This document shows positions 28,376 to 40,205 of a stretch of 64,000 bases of DNA, piece by piece. A program made the translations under genes and the position numbers. The stretch is from assembly GCF_018977255.1 (NCBI RefSeq), contig NW_024704743.1, forward strand, positions 41,170,001-41,234,000, read 5' to 3'. This DNA comes from Callorhinchus milii (lineage: Eukaryota). The notes under the pieces were generated by a model that did no database searches, was not told the DNA's origin, and worked only from the letters and a program-made list of their open reading frames with translations. Position 1 is the stretch's first letter. The number at the start of each line of letters is the position of its first letter.

Positions 28376-30154
28376 TTCCTGCCAAACTGTTCCAATGGTT
28401 CATTATCCTATATGTATAACATAACAAATTTTAGGATGTATCAAGACAATAGAAGAAGAGGACGTAGGTTTAGAGTTGTAAAGGGCAATTTCAATTGGAC
28501 TATTCAAGGATTAATTATCAATCAGCTTTGGAAGGGTAACACAGTTGATTCATCTCAGCAGCTTATCCACTGAAAGAAGAAAAAAACAAAGAAAAAAACA
28601 ATTTTATATCACATTATACATCCCAAAGTCTCAAAGCACTTTATGATGATGATTGTTTTATGCAGGCAAACTTGGCAGCCATTTTATACCCAGCAAGGTG
28701 TATAAAATAATCAATCTATCTAGAGGATTGTTACAGTGCTATGGGACCTTAAATGTCCAGTACAGGCAGACATGACTTTAATGTCACTTCCGAACACATT
28801 CATATGTATATAAGGGCAAGAAGCTTTTATTTTTTTTCAATATTTTTAATGTGATTCTAACTTGCTTCAGATATATTCCACTTCTTTTTTTTTAAGTCAA
28901 AAAATGCAGTCACTGGATTCCACATTAAATGCTGTGAATTGCTTTGAGACATTTTGCTAATATGATAAGACACTATAACAAATGTGAAGATGCTTATTAA
29001 TAAAAACAACGGTTCATCTGAGACCTAGCGCTGTTAAATCCCACTTGCCTCAGCATGGTGAGCGGATGAACTGAAGACCTGGAAAGAAAAAATGGAGAAA
29101 AAAAACGTCATAAAATTGTCTTCACCTTCAAAAAAAACTCTATATTTGTCTTCTCTTTACCCCAGAGAGAAGGAGAGAATATCAGATAGCAAGTCAACCT
29201 ACAGCAACTAATCTCTCTCCTCGTGGCTTGTACAAGTGTGGAATTAATCACCTGGATCGGAAATGGTGCATGCCCTGTGAGCGCTGAAAGAAGAGAAAAT
29301 AACTAACAAACTGGAACAGAGGAAGTAACTCATTGATTGTTCTATAAAAGCCCCCTAACTACAAATGATAATGGAGCAGCCGAAATTTGGAGATAGTCAC
29401 TTTTGCAGCTTGAATATTATAAAAGGTGCTGTGCATAGAGATTCATGAGGCAAAGGGTTATTTTAAACACAAGGGTCATCCCTTGCTGGGCAAAGGTGAT
29501 TTCCCAATTACTTACTTGCAATCTGAACAATTAGACTTTGTTGTGGAAAGCAAATAGTCCATAATTAATGTTAAATTTACAAATGTACACATAATTAATC
29601 CCACTGTTGCAAGGTGCATGTTACAAGCCAACAGTAACCAAGTAATAAATTCTGACGCACTTAGCTTTGGTGGGTATGTTTTAGAAAGACAGCCAACAAA
29701 TAAAGCTTGTTATTATAATAAGAATCCATGCAATTTGATCATGCCTATAATGTCCAGAACATTTCAAAGCAGGTAATTATAGCAGTACTCTGAAACATTA
29801 TCCTATGTGAATGAAGCTATATTATTGTCAGTGTTGTGATGTGTAAGCCAACAAAAGGAGCCAATTTGTGTACAGCCAATTCTCACACAAAAAAAATGAG
29901 GTGAATGACCACCTAATCTGGAGAATTATCAGTCAGGATACCAGAAATAATTCCCTTCTCTTTTTGAACAGTAACATGAGATCTGAACAGACCTTGATTG
30001 GACATTTTATAGGAGAAAAAGCCATTGTAATCATGAGGCCCCATTTAAATTACACATGAAGTGACAGGAAGGGTTTGGGGTTAGCGTAAGGATAGTTGGA
30101 GGTAGTGATTCACTTTTCAGGTCACAAAATGGATGCAGAAATCCATTGGTGACT

Positions 30155-30771
30155 TGTCAAGTGAGGCAAGTGAGGCAGAGTGTGAATTGGGGTATTGCTG
30201 GAGTCTAACCATCTAAAACCGCACAGCTTGCCATTGATATTGGTGTCCAACAAAGTTTCCTGCTGCTTGTCTAGGTAGGACCACCCTAATCATAAGGGCT
30301 TTGGCTTGCAGAGTTAACAGGAGCTGAGTGTGATGACTCCCTCCTCCAGTGACTGGTCTGCCATTCTAGGTCCTGCTGATGAGCCAGGCTGCTGTACTGT
30401 CATCAGCATTGCCCTGGAATACTGTGGACCCGCCTGGCTCAGGAACTGGATTATCGAGACCGCCACAGACCTTACGCTGTCAGACACGTCATCTTGGAAC
30501 CAGTTCAGGTCCACCTCCCTAGGTGGATGGCAGGTACAAGGAACTCCCTGTGACCTTCCCAGTGTGTAATGAATCACAGCATGAAATGCGTGAAAGCATT
30601 GCCACCATCTTTTTGTCCGCAGCTCGGCCACACATCCCTTCGCATTGAGCAATGATTCCACCAATTGGTGATGTGGACTTTAAGCAGCGGCTGTTTGTCT
30701 CTCTGCAGGCAAGTCAAGGTGGATTTCAGGTGCTGGAGGTTTGAGTGGTGTTCACAAATTCGGACTCCAGG
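30155..30771. repeat. Unidentified repeat, copy A of three local paralogs
   Basis: Aligns to 33.4-33.87 kb and 37.1-37.86 kb, e.g. GCTGGAGTCTAACCATCTAAAACC, GGACCCGCCTGGCTCAGGAACTG and GTGTTCACAAATTCGGACTCCAGG. Confidence 0.85.
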
Positions 30772-32102
30772 TAATGAATATGTTAAAAGGCTTGATGTAT
30801 GAGGACCTGGTGACACAGATAATTAAAACACCTACCTTCTACAGTCTAGTTTGAAATGCATCTCTGATTGAATGAAAGGTTCCTCTGTCTTGCTGTCACC
30901 TGTAACAGAAATGGAAAAGTTCACACTGATGGGACAAAGGGTACTAAAGCACTTGAGACACAATAGACCAGAGTGTCATTTTGCTTGGTGAATGCTTGAT
31001 ATGATTCCACAGAGCCTAAAGTAGGGAATATTACAATGCACCAAGGAAAATGCAGCATTTCAGCAAGCAAATACATTTTAACCAAAACTGTTTCTTTTTG
31101 CAGCACCATAAGTGTATTATTGTCTTTTCATCCCATCTTCACCCTATTTCAATTCAAAGCGGTTTACCAATACTTACTGGGGCAATCATGCATCGCTGAG
31201 GCATGAAGAAGAGCATCTAAATAGAGATCTGATGAAACAGAGAGAGAAATATTCTAATGTGAAAATTTCAATAAGTACATCAGTAGTTTTATGTCTGGTT
31301 TCAGATTTCCCTTAAAAACCTTTAAAGTGTTGGCAAATTTATTGTTAATTTCATGTGCGCACCATTATTTGTTTTCACTTCACTGGGCAGCAAAATAATA
31401 ATTTGCTCACTCGGAATAAGTGAAATTAATTTATCGGAGGCATGTTGGTCATCTTTCTGCTCACATATAGGCACAATATATGAGCTGCAGCCCATGACCT
31501 TGAGGCTTGAGTGTCACTACCGTTTTTCCTATAAATAAAGAAAAGAAATAGCATTTGCATTAAGATTCATTTTTTTGCGTGTGACCATTTCTTTGATTTC
31601 TTTGAAGTTTTTTTGGGTTTAAACAATAAGCATATTATCTCAGCAATGACGTCATCAGGGGAGCTTATTGGGTGGAGTTCACATTTTTACAGAGTAGAAT
31701 TAATATCAGCAGAGATACATTTATTAACACATGGGCCTTCATTTTCAACTAATATATATGCTAATTTAGCTCCCTTGTGCTGTTGGGCTCAGTAAATCTC
31801 CAAGTTAGTTCCTCTGATGATATCATAAACTGTTTAAACCACAATATTCCAAGAAAAAGATACTGAAATGAGGAAGGACTCACAATCATTTGTAACCATT
31901 TGAGTTTTGAAGAGGGTTATTAATAGGGAATTGCATTTTATGAATCCCAATCTTTCCCAATAATTGCACCCAGGCCTCCCCTACATATTAAATTCCACCA
32001 GCCTTCTCAGAGACAACAAAGGGGAAAACTAGCTAGTGCCATAAGTTGCTTCCTGCTTTAGTGAAGGCCAGCATTTATTGTGTTTATGCATAGAATTGTA
32101 CA

Positions 32103-32936
32103 TGTTACAGTAAAGTTGTGAAACCAGGGATTTCGCTAAATCCCTCAAATTATTTTAACCAGGAATCTGTAAAATTGTGAAACCATGAAATCACTGAAAT
32201 TATGAGTCAGAGATTTTATGAAAAAGTGATCCCAGCAGTGTACAAGGGTACAGGGGATCCCAGGAATGTCCTTGGTATTATCATTGATAGAGATTTAGAC
32301 ACTGACAAATACAAGATAGCAGTAAGGGTCAGCAGCATGAGAGGTTACTAATCCAGGAAACAATTTGACCTCTGCCCACAATGATTGTTAACAGAGACCC
32401 TACATCAACCAGGAGAAGTCACTGTCACTCCATGAAACTGTCATTGCTGTTTGTGGTGGACAAGACTTTATGTAGCATAACTGTGGTCAGAAGAAATATC
32501 AGAAGCTGAAACGTAACTCCTGATGTCATGAAAGCCTCACTTGTATTAACAAATGAACATTTTGCTCATCAGTGAATGAAATGTCAAGTGAAGTTTATGG
32601 TGAATAAAGTATAAATATTCAGAATGTTTTTTTTTATTTGTTGATAATGTTAACAAGTGTCAAGGCAAGGTTATCAATATGATGAAATAATCATAAAAAC
32701 AGAAGTCACTGGGAACACTCAGAAGGTCAGGCAGCATCTATGAACATAGGAAAATGATATAAAGTTTCAAGTCAATGACCTTTCGTCAGAAATTATCACT
32801 TTTTCACCAAATTGCTGACTACTAATTTCAGTGATTTTATGATAGCACAATTTTACTGAAAATTTCAGGAATTTTGCAAAATCCCTGGTTAAAATAATTT
32901 CAGGGATTTTGCAAAATCTCTGAAATGTCTGTAACA
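32103..32936 (+). mobile_element. Ginger2/TDD-type DNA transposon deletion derivative (KRBA2/SCAND3-like integrase C-terminus)
   Basis: TGTTACAG...CTGTAACA termini, ~110-120 bp imperfect TIRs, flanks TACA/TATA. 32226-32556 translates with stops and one frameshift as GDPRNVLGIIIDRD..DKYKIAV...SRKQFDLCPQ...SLSLHE...GGQDF...NS*CHESLTCINK*. Confidence 0.85.
32692..32792 (-). mobile_element. Penelope-like terminal fragment nested in the Ginger element
   Basis: CTGGGAACACTCAGAAGGTCAGGCAGCATC, shared with 62150-62180; minus strand CTGACGA-aaggtcattgactt-GAAAC. Confidence 0.6.
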
Positions 32937-33396
32937 TATAAAACTTTACAGAATTGAACAGGCCATTTGGTCCAACTAGTTTGTGTTTATGCTACACACA
33001 AGCCTCCACCCGTCATAATCTCCTCTCCTATACTCTTAAACCCCAGTGCCTTGACGCTTTCTGCTTCAACCTCAGCGTCTGGCAGTAAGTGCCAGATTCT
33101 CACCACTCTTTATTTAAATAGGTTCCTTTTAAACTCCGCATTTGACTTGATAGCTGCTGGCTATCTTATATTTATACCCTGTATTTTGGGTAATTTTTCA
33201 AGCAGATATGCATGGACCGTCTTATTTGATGCTCTTACCCATGCAAAACATGTGACATACAAATATGAGAAAGTGGGGAGAGAGAGGTTGTATTTTAAGA
33301 ATGTGATAACAAATGTAGTGGATTATAATTTGTGTTGCAAAATTAAGATTGTTTTGGTCAGCAAGTATCTGCCACATGTGGAAACCCATCACCATG

Positions 33397-33870
33397 CTTA
33401 AGAGTATTCGGATCAGATTGAGAGTTCTATATATGTCTGTACATACAAATATTATTATGACTGGAATGAAATATTTGCTCTTTCCCTGAGCCAAGGCCCC
33501 AGATTGTTAGTTAGAGTACTGTTGAAGTTTAACCAGCTAAAACCCCTTAGAATGTTACTGAGAGTACTGTTTATCAAGCTAGTCCTACTAGGACACTCTA
33601 ACATTTACAGTTGTGACTTGCAGGTTAATAAGATTTGGGGCTGACAAGAATCCCTTCTCTCCAGTATACCCCTCCAATGCCTGCTAATTAGCCAGTTGGC
33701 TGGGTTCTCATCAGCAGTGTCCGCGAGTACTGTGGGCCCACTTGGACAGGAACGGGACAACTGAAACCATTGCAGAGGGTTGACTCGATTCCGATATGTC
33801 ACCTTGGAGCCAGCTCTTCTCTAAGGCAACAACACTTCTCCTCTTCCACAAGGAGAATATTAAGAAACAA
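33397..33870. repeat. Unidentified repeat, copy B
   Basis: TTAACCAGCTAAAACC, CCTGCTAATTAGCCAG...CATCAGCA and GAGTACTGTGGGCCCACTTGG match copies A and C; 33397-33470 matches 37106-37190. Confidence 0.75.
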
Positions 33871-34385
33871 ACGTGCTTGCTCATTATTCCAAGCAGTGCA
33901 GGAAAAGTACAGGCTGACCCTGATCTGGGAATATTTATCCCTGCAAACAAAGACTGTTCAGTTCTCCACAACTGTCATTTCTCATCGACCTGATGATTTA
34001 TTACCTAAGACAATAAATAAGTTTACTGCTCTATACCAAAGATAATGATAATTTATAGAGCATTATTATAGAAACCTGAATGTGCCCGTAAATCAATTTA
34101 TGTCAAGGACTTGTGGCTGTAAAATACTTAGGATTACTGCTTGAAAAGTACCATTAGATTATAATAATGATTTTGAGGTTGTTGAGACAAAAAAATCGTT
34201 ACCAAGCAAAGGTGTTGGTAACTCTTGAGAGGTTCATAAAGTGGAATTATTGTTTGGGGATTGCAGATGCTCCTGTGCTTTGGAAAGAAAGGGTAACTAG
34301 ATATAGGGTGATAGTTTGCAAAGGTAGAGGTGTCGAGGGTGGGTATTATTAGAAAGGTGAGTGTTGACAGCAGTTTTGAAAAGGG

Positions 34386-34463
34386 GAAGAACAGCTCCTA
34401 AGGAACAAGAGAGGGACAGCTCCTGAGAAACAGGAAAGGAACAGCTCATGAGGACAGGAGAGG
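34386..34463. repeat. 25-bp tandem repeat x3
   Basis: ACAGCTC at 34391, 34416 and 34441. Confidence 0.8.
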
Positions 34464-36189
34464 TTTAAACATTCATTAGCATAGACCAACAAGGGGAAGG
34501 TGGGTTGTCAGAAGCCAAGTTTGGTAAAGGATCAAGGGAACAAGTGACAAATTTCACATAGGTGGCAAATTTGGTGCGGGACATGGGAATGCTCAAATGG
34601 AGTTTAGTTGATATTCAGTGCAACCTGACTGAGAGGCAGCAATTATGGCAACAACATGGCTGGTGGAAAATCCTAGTGAAATCAACTGGCACATATGTAA
34701 ATGTAATATTCAGGTGTAAATGCTGTGCTGAAGTGGGGGGACAAGATTTTCACTACCAAACCCATCCATAATTACATTGGTTTGGTCTGCACTTTTTCTG
34801 TGATGTGACCACATCACATTCTGAATTTTTTATCCCCAATTCCAATTTAAATTAATTGGTTTCATGACCTAACCAGTGAATTTATAATGGCTGATTGAAA
34901 TAAGGAACAGAATATTCCGCATTAAATTAAGACAGGTTTTAAGAAAAAAATCAAGTTGAATCTGTAATGAGACATCTTGTATTTTCAGATTTAAACCATA
35001 CAATTCCTTACAGAAGAGAATTCTGTCATTTCACAACCCCAACAGATCTAATCACATTCATTTTCTACTGCATCTAGATTTGCAAATGTTAGCAAATTAT
35101 TTCAAATATCTTTTTGCCGAGTTATCCATTCTTTTCTTTAAAACACAAAACATATAATTGGGAGCATAACAGTGGAAATGCTGAACTTATAATTAACAGG
35201 CATTTGGAAGAATGAATGCTCAATTTTAGAAGAATAAAGAGAAAGTACTAATTAAAGCAAAGTGTTTTTAAGCAAGACATGCGATGAAGGAATATTGTGG
35301 GTAAAAATACTTTTCCTTCAGATTTTTGAAGGACAAATTTTATAAAATTTTCTTTTTTGCGAAAGTCATTAACCAAATCCGAGAACCAAGTAACACACTG
35401 AAAGCTTTGTTACTGCTGCTGCTGAAGTAAGTTTGTAAGGAACAAAGAAATTCTAGTGAACTTGTGTATTAAAAGTGTATAGCTGCAACCTTGAATGCTT
35501 TTATAATGCTTTTTTCAAACCACTCTAAGTGAAAAAGCATTCAGCTCAATGTCACGCACATATCCAGAAGAAGCTTACATAGTGAACATGGCGTAGCTTT
35601 TACACATAGATATTCGAACCCTCATTTACCTGCTGGATGGATATGTCAAATATTCTTAATGGGACTGTGAGCTCTGTTTCTAGTGCACAATGCATCCAAA
35701 ATCGCATACAGATAATGCAATATTTCACTTGTGTATGTTTGAGATTGTGCTGAATTGTCGCCATCTCTTAGTCTTTCATAACTGAACACTTATCTGAGTG
35801 TTGGCAAGCACAACAGTGCACTTTGACAATTATAAACAGTCTGAATACAATATTCAATTTGTAACTTTTGATCCTGCATCTTTCAACCATCACTTACCTC
35901 TCCTCGAAACCATTGGAGAAGGAGACAATGCAAAACATTTCAGAATCACAAGAACAAAGAAGCTTAGCTGCATTACATAACAGCAACATAATTCAACATG
36001 TTATTTTTATATCTCACTTTACATCACTATGGTGAATAAACAGATAGATTAAAACTATATTACCATTAGAGGTTGCTGGAAATGGAACTGAAGTATTTCT
36101 GTACATCATTCATATATTGACATCTCAGTATAACATATGTTTTGTTTCTGTAATGATATTACTAAAAGAAGATGAACTGTTATGGTAAA

Positions 36190-36550
36190 ATGACTCCACC
36201 TGACTCAGTTGATAGCACTCTCACCTCTGAATTAAAAGGTTGTGTGTTCAGGATCCATATTGAGATTTGAACGAACATTGTCTAACCTGACACTTCAATG
36301 AAATGCTAAGGGATTGCTACATTGTCAGAGATGCGTTCCTTCGGATTAAATATTAAACTGAGGTTCAGGTGGGAGTTAAAAATCTCATGATACAAACTTA
36401 AGAAGAGAAAAGTGTTTCTCCCAGTGTCCTGGCCAACAATCCCTCAAATAAAATTGGCTGTTTATGGGACATTTGCTGTGTCCACCTACAAATACAGTCA
36501 CTCCAATTCACAGTAAGTCATGTAAAGGGCTTTGAGACTTAATAATAATA
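36190..36550 (+). mobile_element. Deu-domain SINE
   Basis: CCTGACTCAGTTGATAGCACTCTCACCTCTGA...TTCGGATTAAATATTAAACTGAGG...CAGTGTCCTGGCCAAC. Confidence 0.8.
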
Positions 36551-36624
36551 AGACTTCCTCCCAAAATGAAAGACATTGCACCAAATGCAAGAATTATTAC
36601 CATATCAATCCAAAGATACAAAGA

Positions 36625-36990
36625 TACAAGAATTCAAGATCTTTGTCCTCACTTTCGAAACCCTCCACACCTTCACTCCACCCTACCTCATTGACATCCG
36701 ACTAACCATTGCCAACTGCTCCTTTCTCTCAAATAATTGCAGCCTGCTTCATGTCTCCTCTCCAATTTGCTCCAACTTCAGTGGCCCAGCAAATGTTCAT
36801 TCTGCCCGATGCTCCCTTCGGCTGTCTGTAACTCCATCCTGGAGTCGCTCTGCCTCTCCGCCCATGTTTTTGAGCACACCTACCCTCCGCACTCTACCCT
36901 CCTCAGGTCCTCTGACCTAGTTAAGTGAAAAGCTTTATCCACCCCCCCCAATATGAAAGCCACTATATAGATATAAGTTGCTGTTGATGT
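36625..36990 (+). mobile_element. Degenerate L2 3' fragment
   Basis: GAATTCAAGATCTTTGTCCTCACTTTCGAAACCCTCCAC (EFKI.VLTF..LH) through an L2 tail. Confidence 0.75.
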
Positions 36991-37105
36991 GAGATTCATT
37001 TGTGAATTTTTTGGTATTTTAAGTTTTAAAAATAGGAAAGAATTGAAAGCAATTTATGGCTTTTCCTTTTTTTTGATCAGCCAGTTGTCTGATACTTGCG
37101 AAAAC

Positions 37106-37862
37106 TTAAGGATATCCAAATCCAACTGAGAGTACCATACACCATCCTACACATGGCAATTGCTGAAATATTTACTGGAATGCAATGCGCACTCTGGAAT
37201 GAAGCATCCTGCTTACCTAATGCTGGAATTTATTTTGCACAGGCTGGCAAGAGGCAAGGCTTGGGATCCAAGATTGTGTGTTGAGTTTTGCTGGAATCTA
37301 ACCAGCTAAAACCACATAGCTTCCTATTAAGAATACTGTCTGGCAAGGTCTGGACTACTGCAGACCCACCTGGCTCAGGAACTGTATTACTGAGGCCGCC
37401 ACAGAGAATCGATTCTGTTCCGACATTCCATTGCTAAACATGTCACTTCAAAGCTGGTTCAGCTTTGAGGAGACCATAGTCACCTCCCCCAAGGAGGATA
37501 GTCACGAGCTGGTAACTTGATATCTGACAATTGCAGGTTTGAGCCCACATTAGGCAAGATGGCAGGTACCAAGAACTCCCGGCAAGCTTGCTGGTGCACA
37601 ATTCATTTCAGTCTGAAATGCGTGAGGGCAGTGTCACCATCTTGCTGCCCACAGTTCGGACACAAATTCCTTTCCACAGAGCGATGTTTCCACCGGTTGG
37701 AGACGTGGAACTTGAGCAGCAGCTGCTCATCTCTGCAACAACAACAAATTGTATTTATATAGAGTCATTCATGCAGGGTAGCATCCCAGAGCACTTGACC
37801 AATCAAGGTGTATTCCGATCTCTGGATGTACATACGCGTGTTCACAAACTCAGACTCCAGGC
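37106..37862. repeat. Unidentified repeat, copy C (may extend to ~38760 beyond the SINE)
   Basis: Longest copy; interrupted by a ~62-bp L2 tail at ~37736-37797, after which homology to copy A resumes. Confidence 0.85.
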
Positions 37863-38075
37863 AGCAACTATTGTCCTCGGCCTCAGAGTTTCCATATTGG
37901 CTATTTGATGGCCATTTGCCTTTAGTATGACCTTTATCAGATACCTTGATGTTCTTGAAGTTCAAATCCAATGCTGTGTACCAAGTTTACTCAGAGCCAA
38001 CTACTTAATCCAGGTGAGGGAATTTGGCAAATAAACATGCCTGCTGTGAAATTGACTCTGCCTCCAGGGTACTTA

Positions 38076-38400
38076 GAGTCCTGTAGCTCAGTGGTTAGAG
38101 CACTCGCCTTGCAAGCGAGACACCTGGGTTCAATTCCAGGCAGGGCGAAACCTTGGGCAAGTTTCCTTACTCCACATGTCTAATAATAATCTCTCCAAAA
38201 AACAACACAATAATAAATTGGTCATTTTCAATCCACGACTGTTTGTGGGACACTGCTGTGCACAATTGACTGCTGCGTTTTGTCCACAAATATACAGTCA
38301 ATTCACTTTAAAGCATATTCTGTGAAGTGCTTTGAGACGTCTAGAAGATGTGAAAAGCACTATATCAAATGCAAGGATTATTATTATATTTTTATTATAT
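38076..38400 (+). mobile_element. tRNA-derived SINE, full length, with 7-bp TSD
   Basis: GAGTCCTGTAGCTCAGTGGTTAGAGC head; TACTTAG at 38070-38076 and 38401-38407. Confidence 0.92.
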
Positions 38401-39879
38401 TACTTAGCCACATATCAGTGTAGGTTGGAGCCCTCCCTGTAACCGCTTCCCTTGTTTGCCACAAATCCACTTCATTCTTTGATCCTTCACTTGCAAATGG
38501 GCCAGAGGAAACCTCTCCACTGCCTCCCACATGAGCTCGGAACCTTGAAGGAAAACTTTTTGCACACAAATATTATAATGCCACAAGCTTAACCTGCTTT
38601 GAGACTTTGCTGTCCAAGAACAACCAGAATGTCCATGTCCCTCTTCTGTCCTGCATTACAGGATCAAAACTAAAGTTGCTGTCCAACGCAACCCCCAGGT
38701 ACTAATAAGGATCAATGATCAGGACTGATCCCCTTGATTCCTCCAAACAATATCCTCAGTGTCTCCTCTTGAGTCATGTAATTCCATAATTCTGCAATGA
38801 TCAATGAAGCAAAATTCCCTGGGAAATCTGCATGTGTTGCTTGCTTCTACGGCTCAGCAAATATCATGTTTTTAACTATGGTCTGAAAAGTGTTTATTCT
38901 GATACTGCCAAAAGCTGCAGCTTTGACAGAGTATGTTGAGAAATTCGAATTAGGAAATGCTAAAAGACACATTTGTAACTGATATAGTATGGTTTGTGTT
39001 GTAGAGGGTTAATAGCGAGGTTATGAATTTTTGGAATTAAACCAGATGCGTAAAATTCATGCACATTTACCCTCAAAGAGATAAATATTCTGAAACCTTT
39101 TTTCTGGTGTGGGAATGTTATCGCTGAAGCATGTGACTAATAGTCTTTGAAACGGTCAAAATTGAACGTTAAAAGAGAAGTCAGTCAGAATAAAGCTCTA
39201 GAAATGCCCACAACATGGTCATCAACCATCACAACAAAATAATAACATTCCTTACATTTAATAATAATAATCCTTGCATTTGATATAGCGCTTTTCACGT
39301 CTTCTAGACATCCCAAAGCGCTTCACAGAATATACTGTGGTATTTGGTATAGCACTTCACACATCAAGAGCATGTCTCAGTGTTTCACAAGATATAAATA
39401 TATAGTGCAGTATCTGTTTTTTTGTGGGGGAGCACGTCAGCTAATTTGCTCCCAGCAATGTCCCACAAACATCCATGAAGTGTATAGCAAATGTTATTTG
39501 GGGGTTTGTTGACCAGGACTCAGTTCAGAACAATGTAGGATTATCAGACTGTCCTTTCTGAACTACAGGAAAACTGCTAGGTTCCAGCTGGGAAAATAAA
39601 CCGAGTATTCATGTCAAAACCCAAACTCATCACCGCACCAGGTAGTGCAATGATCTAGGGATAAAATTCTGAATTTGCAATAGGATTCACAAAGGATTCC
39701 CAGAGGAACTATGCTCTGTTCTGCCATTGCTGAAGGTAACTTGAGTGGGAGCACTGTTCCTATGGCATGAGGACATTTGGTTACCAGCAAAATTCTATAC
39801 TCATAATTGTTGGTGAATCTTGTTGTGAATGTTGCATTTTTAACCTCAATATAGGGATCAAAATATCATAAATGGTGAT

Positions 39880-40205
39880 GCTCAAATGCAGAGCTGGAGT
39901 GTGACGCATTATTGGAGGTGCCGTCCTTCAGATGACCTGTTAAACTATCTGATCAGGTGGACGTTAAAGATCCTAAGGCCCTATTCAAAAGGAGAAGGAA
40001 ATTTCTCCCAGTGTCTTGGCCAACAAGTCCTTCAACTAAAATTGTTCGTTCACTTCATGGTTGTTTGCGGAAAATTTCCGTGGGGAAATTGGCTGCAAAA
40101 TACATAGTCACTGCACATTAGGTTCATCCTGTAAAGGACTTTGAGATGTTTTTCCGTCATAAAAGGCACTTTTTCAAATGGAAGGATTATTGATTTATTA
40201 TTATG
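39880..40205 (+). mobile_element. Deu-domain SINE, 5'-truncated
   Basis: GGAGGTGCCGTCCTTCAGATG...CAGGTGGACGTTAAAGATCC...CAGTGTCTTGGCCAAC. Confidence 0.78.

Noticed and set aside
38665..38703. Minus-strand YLGVALDSNFSF resembling a LINE RT motif
   Set aside because: Isolated; the expected neighbouring RT motifs are absent.
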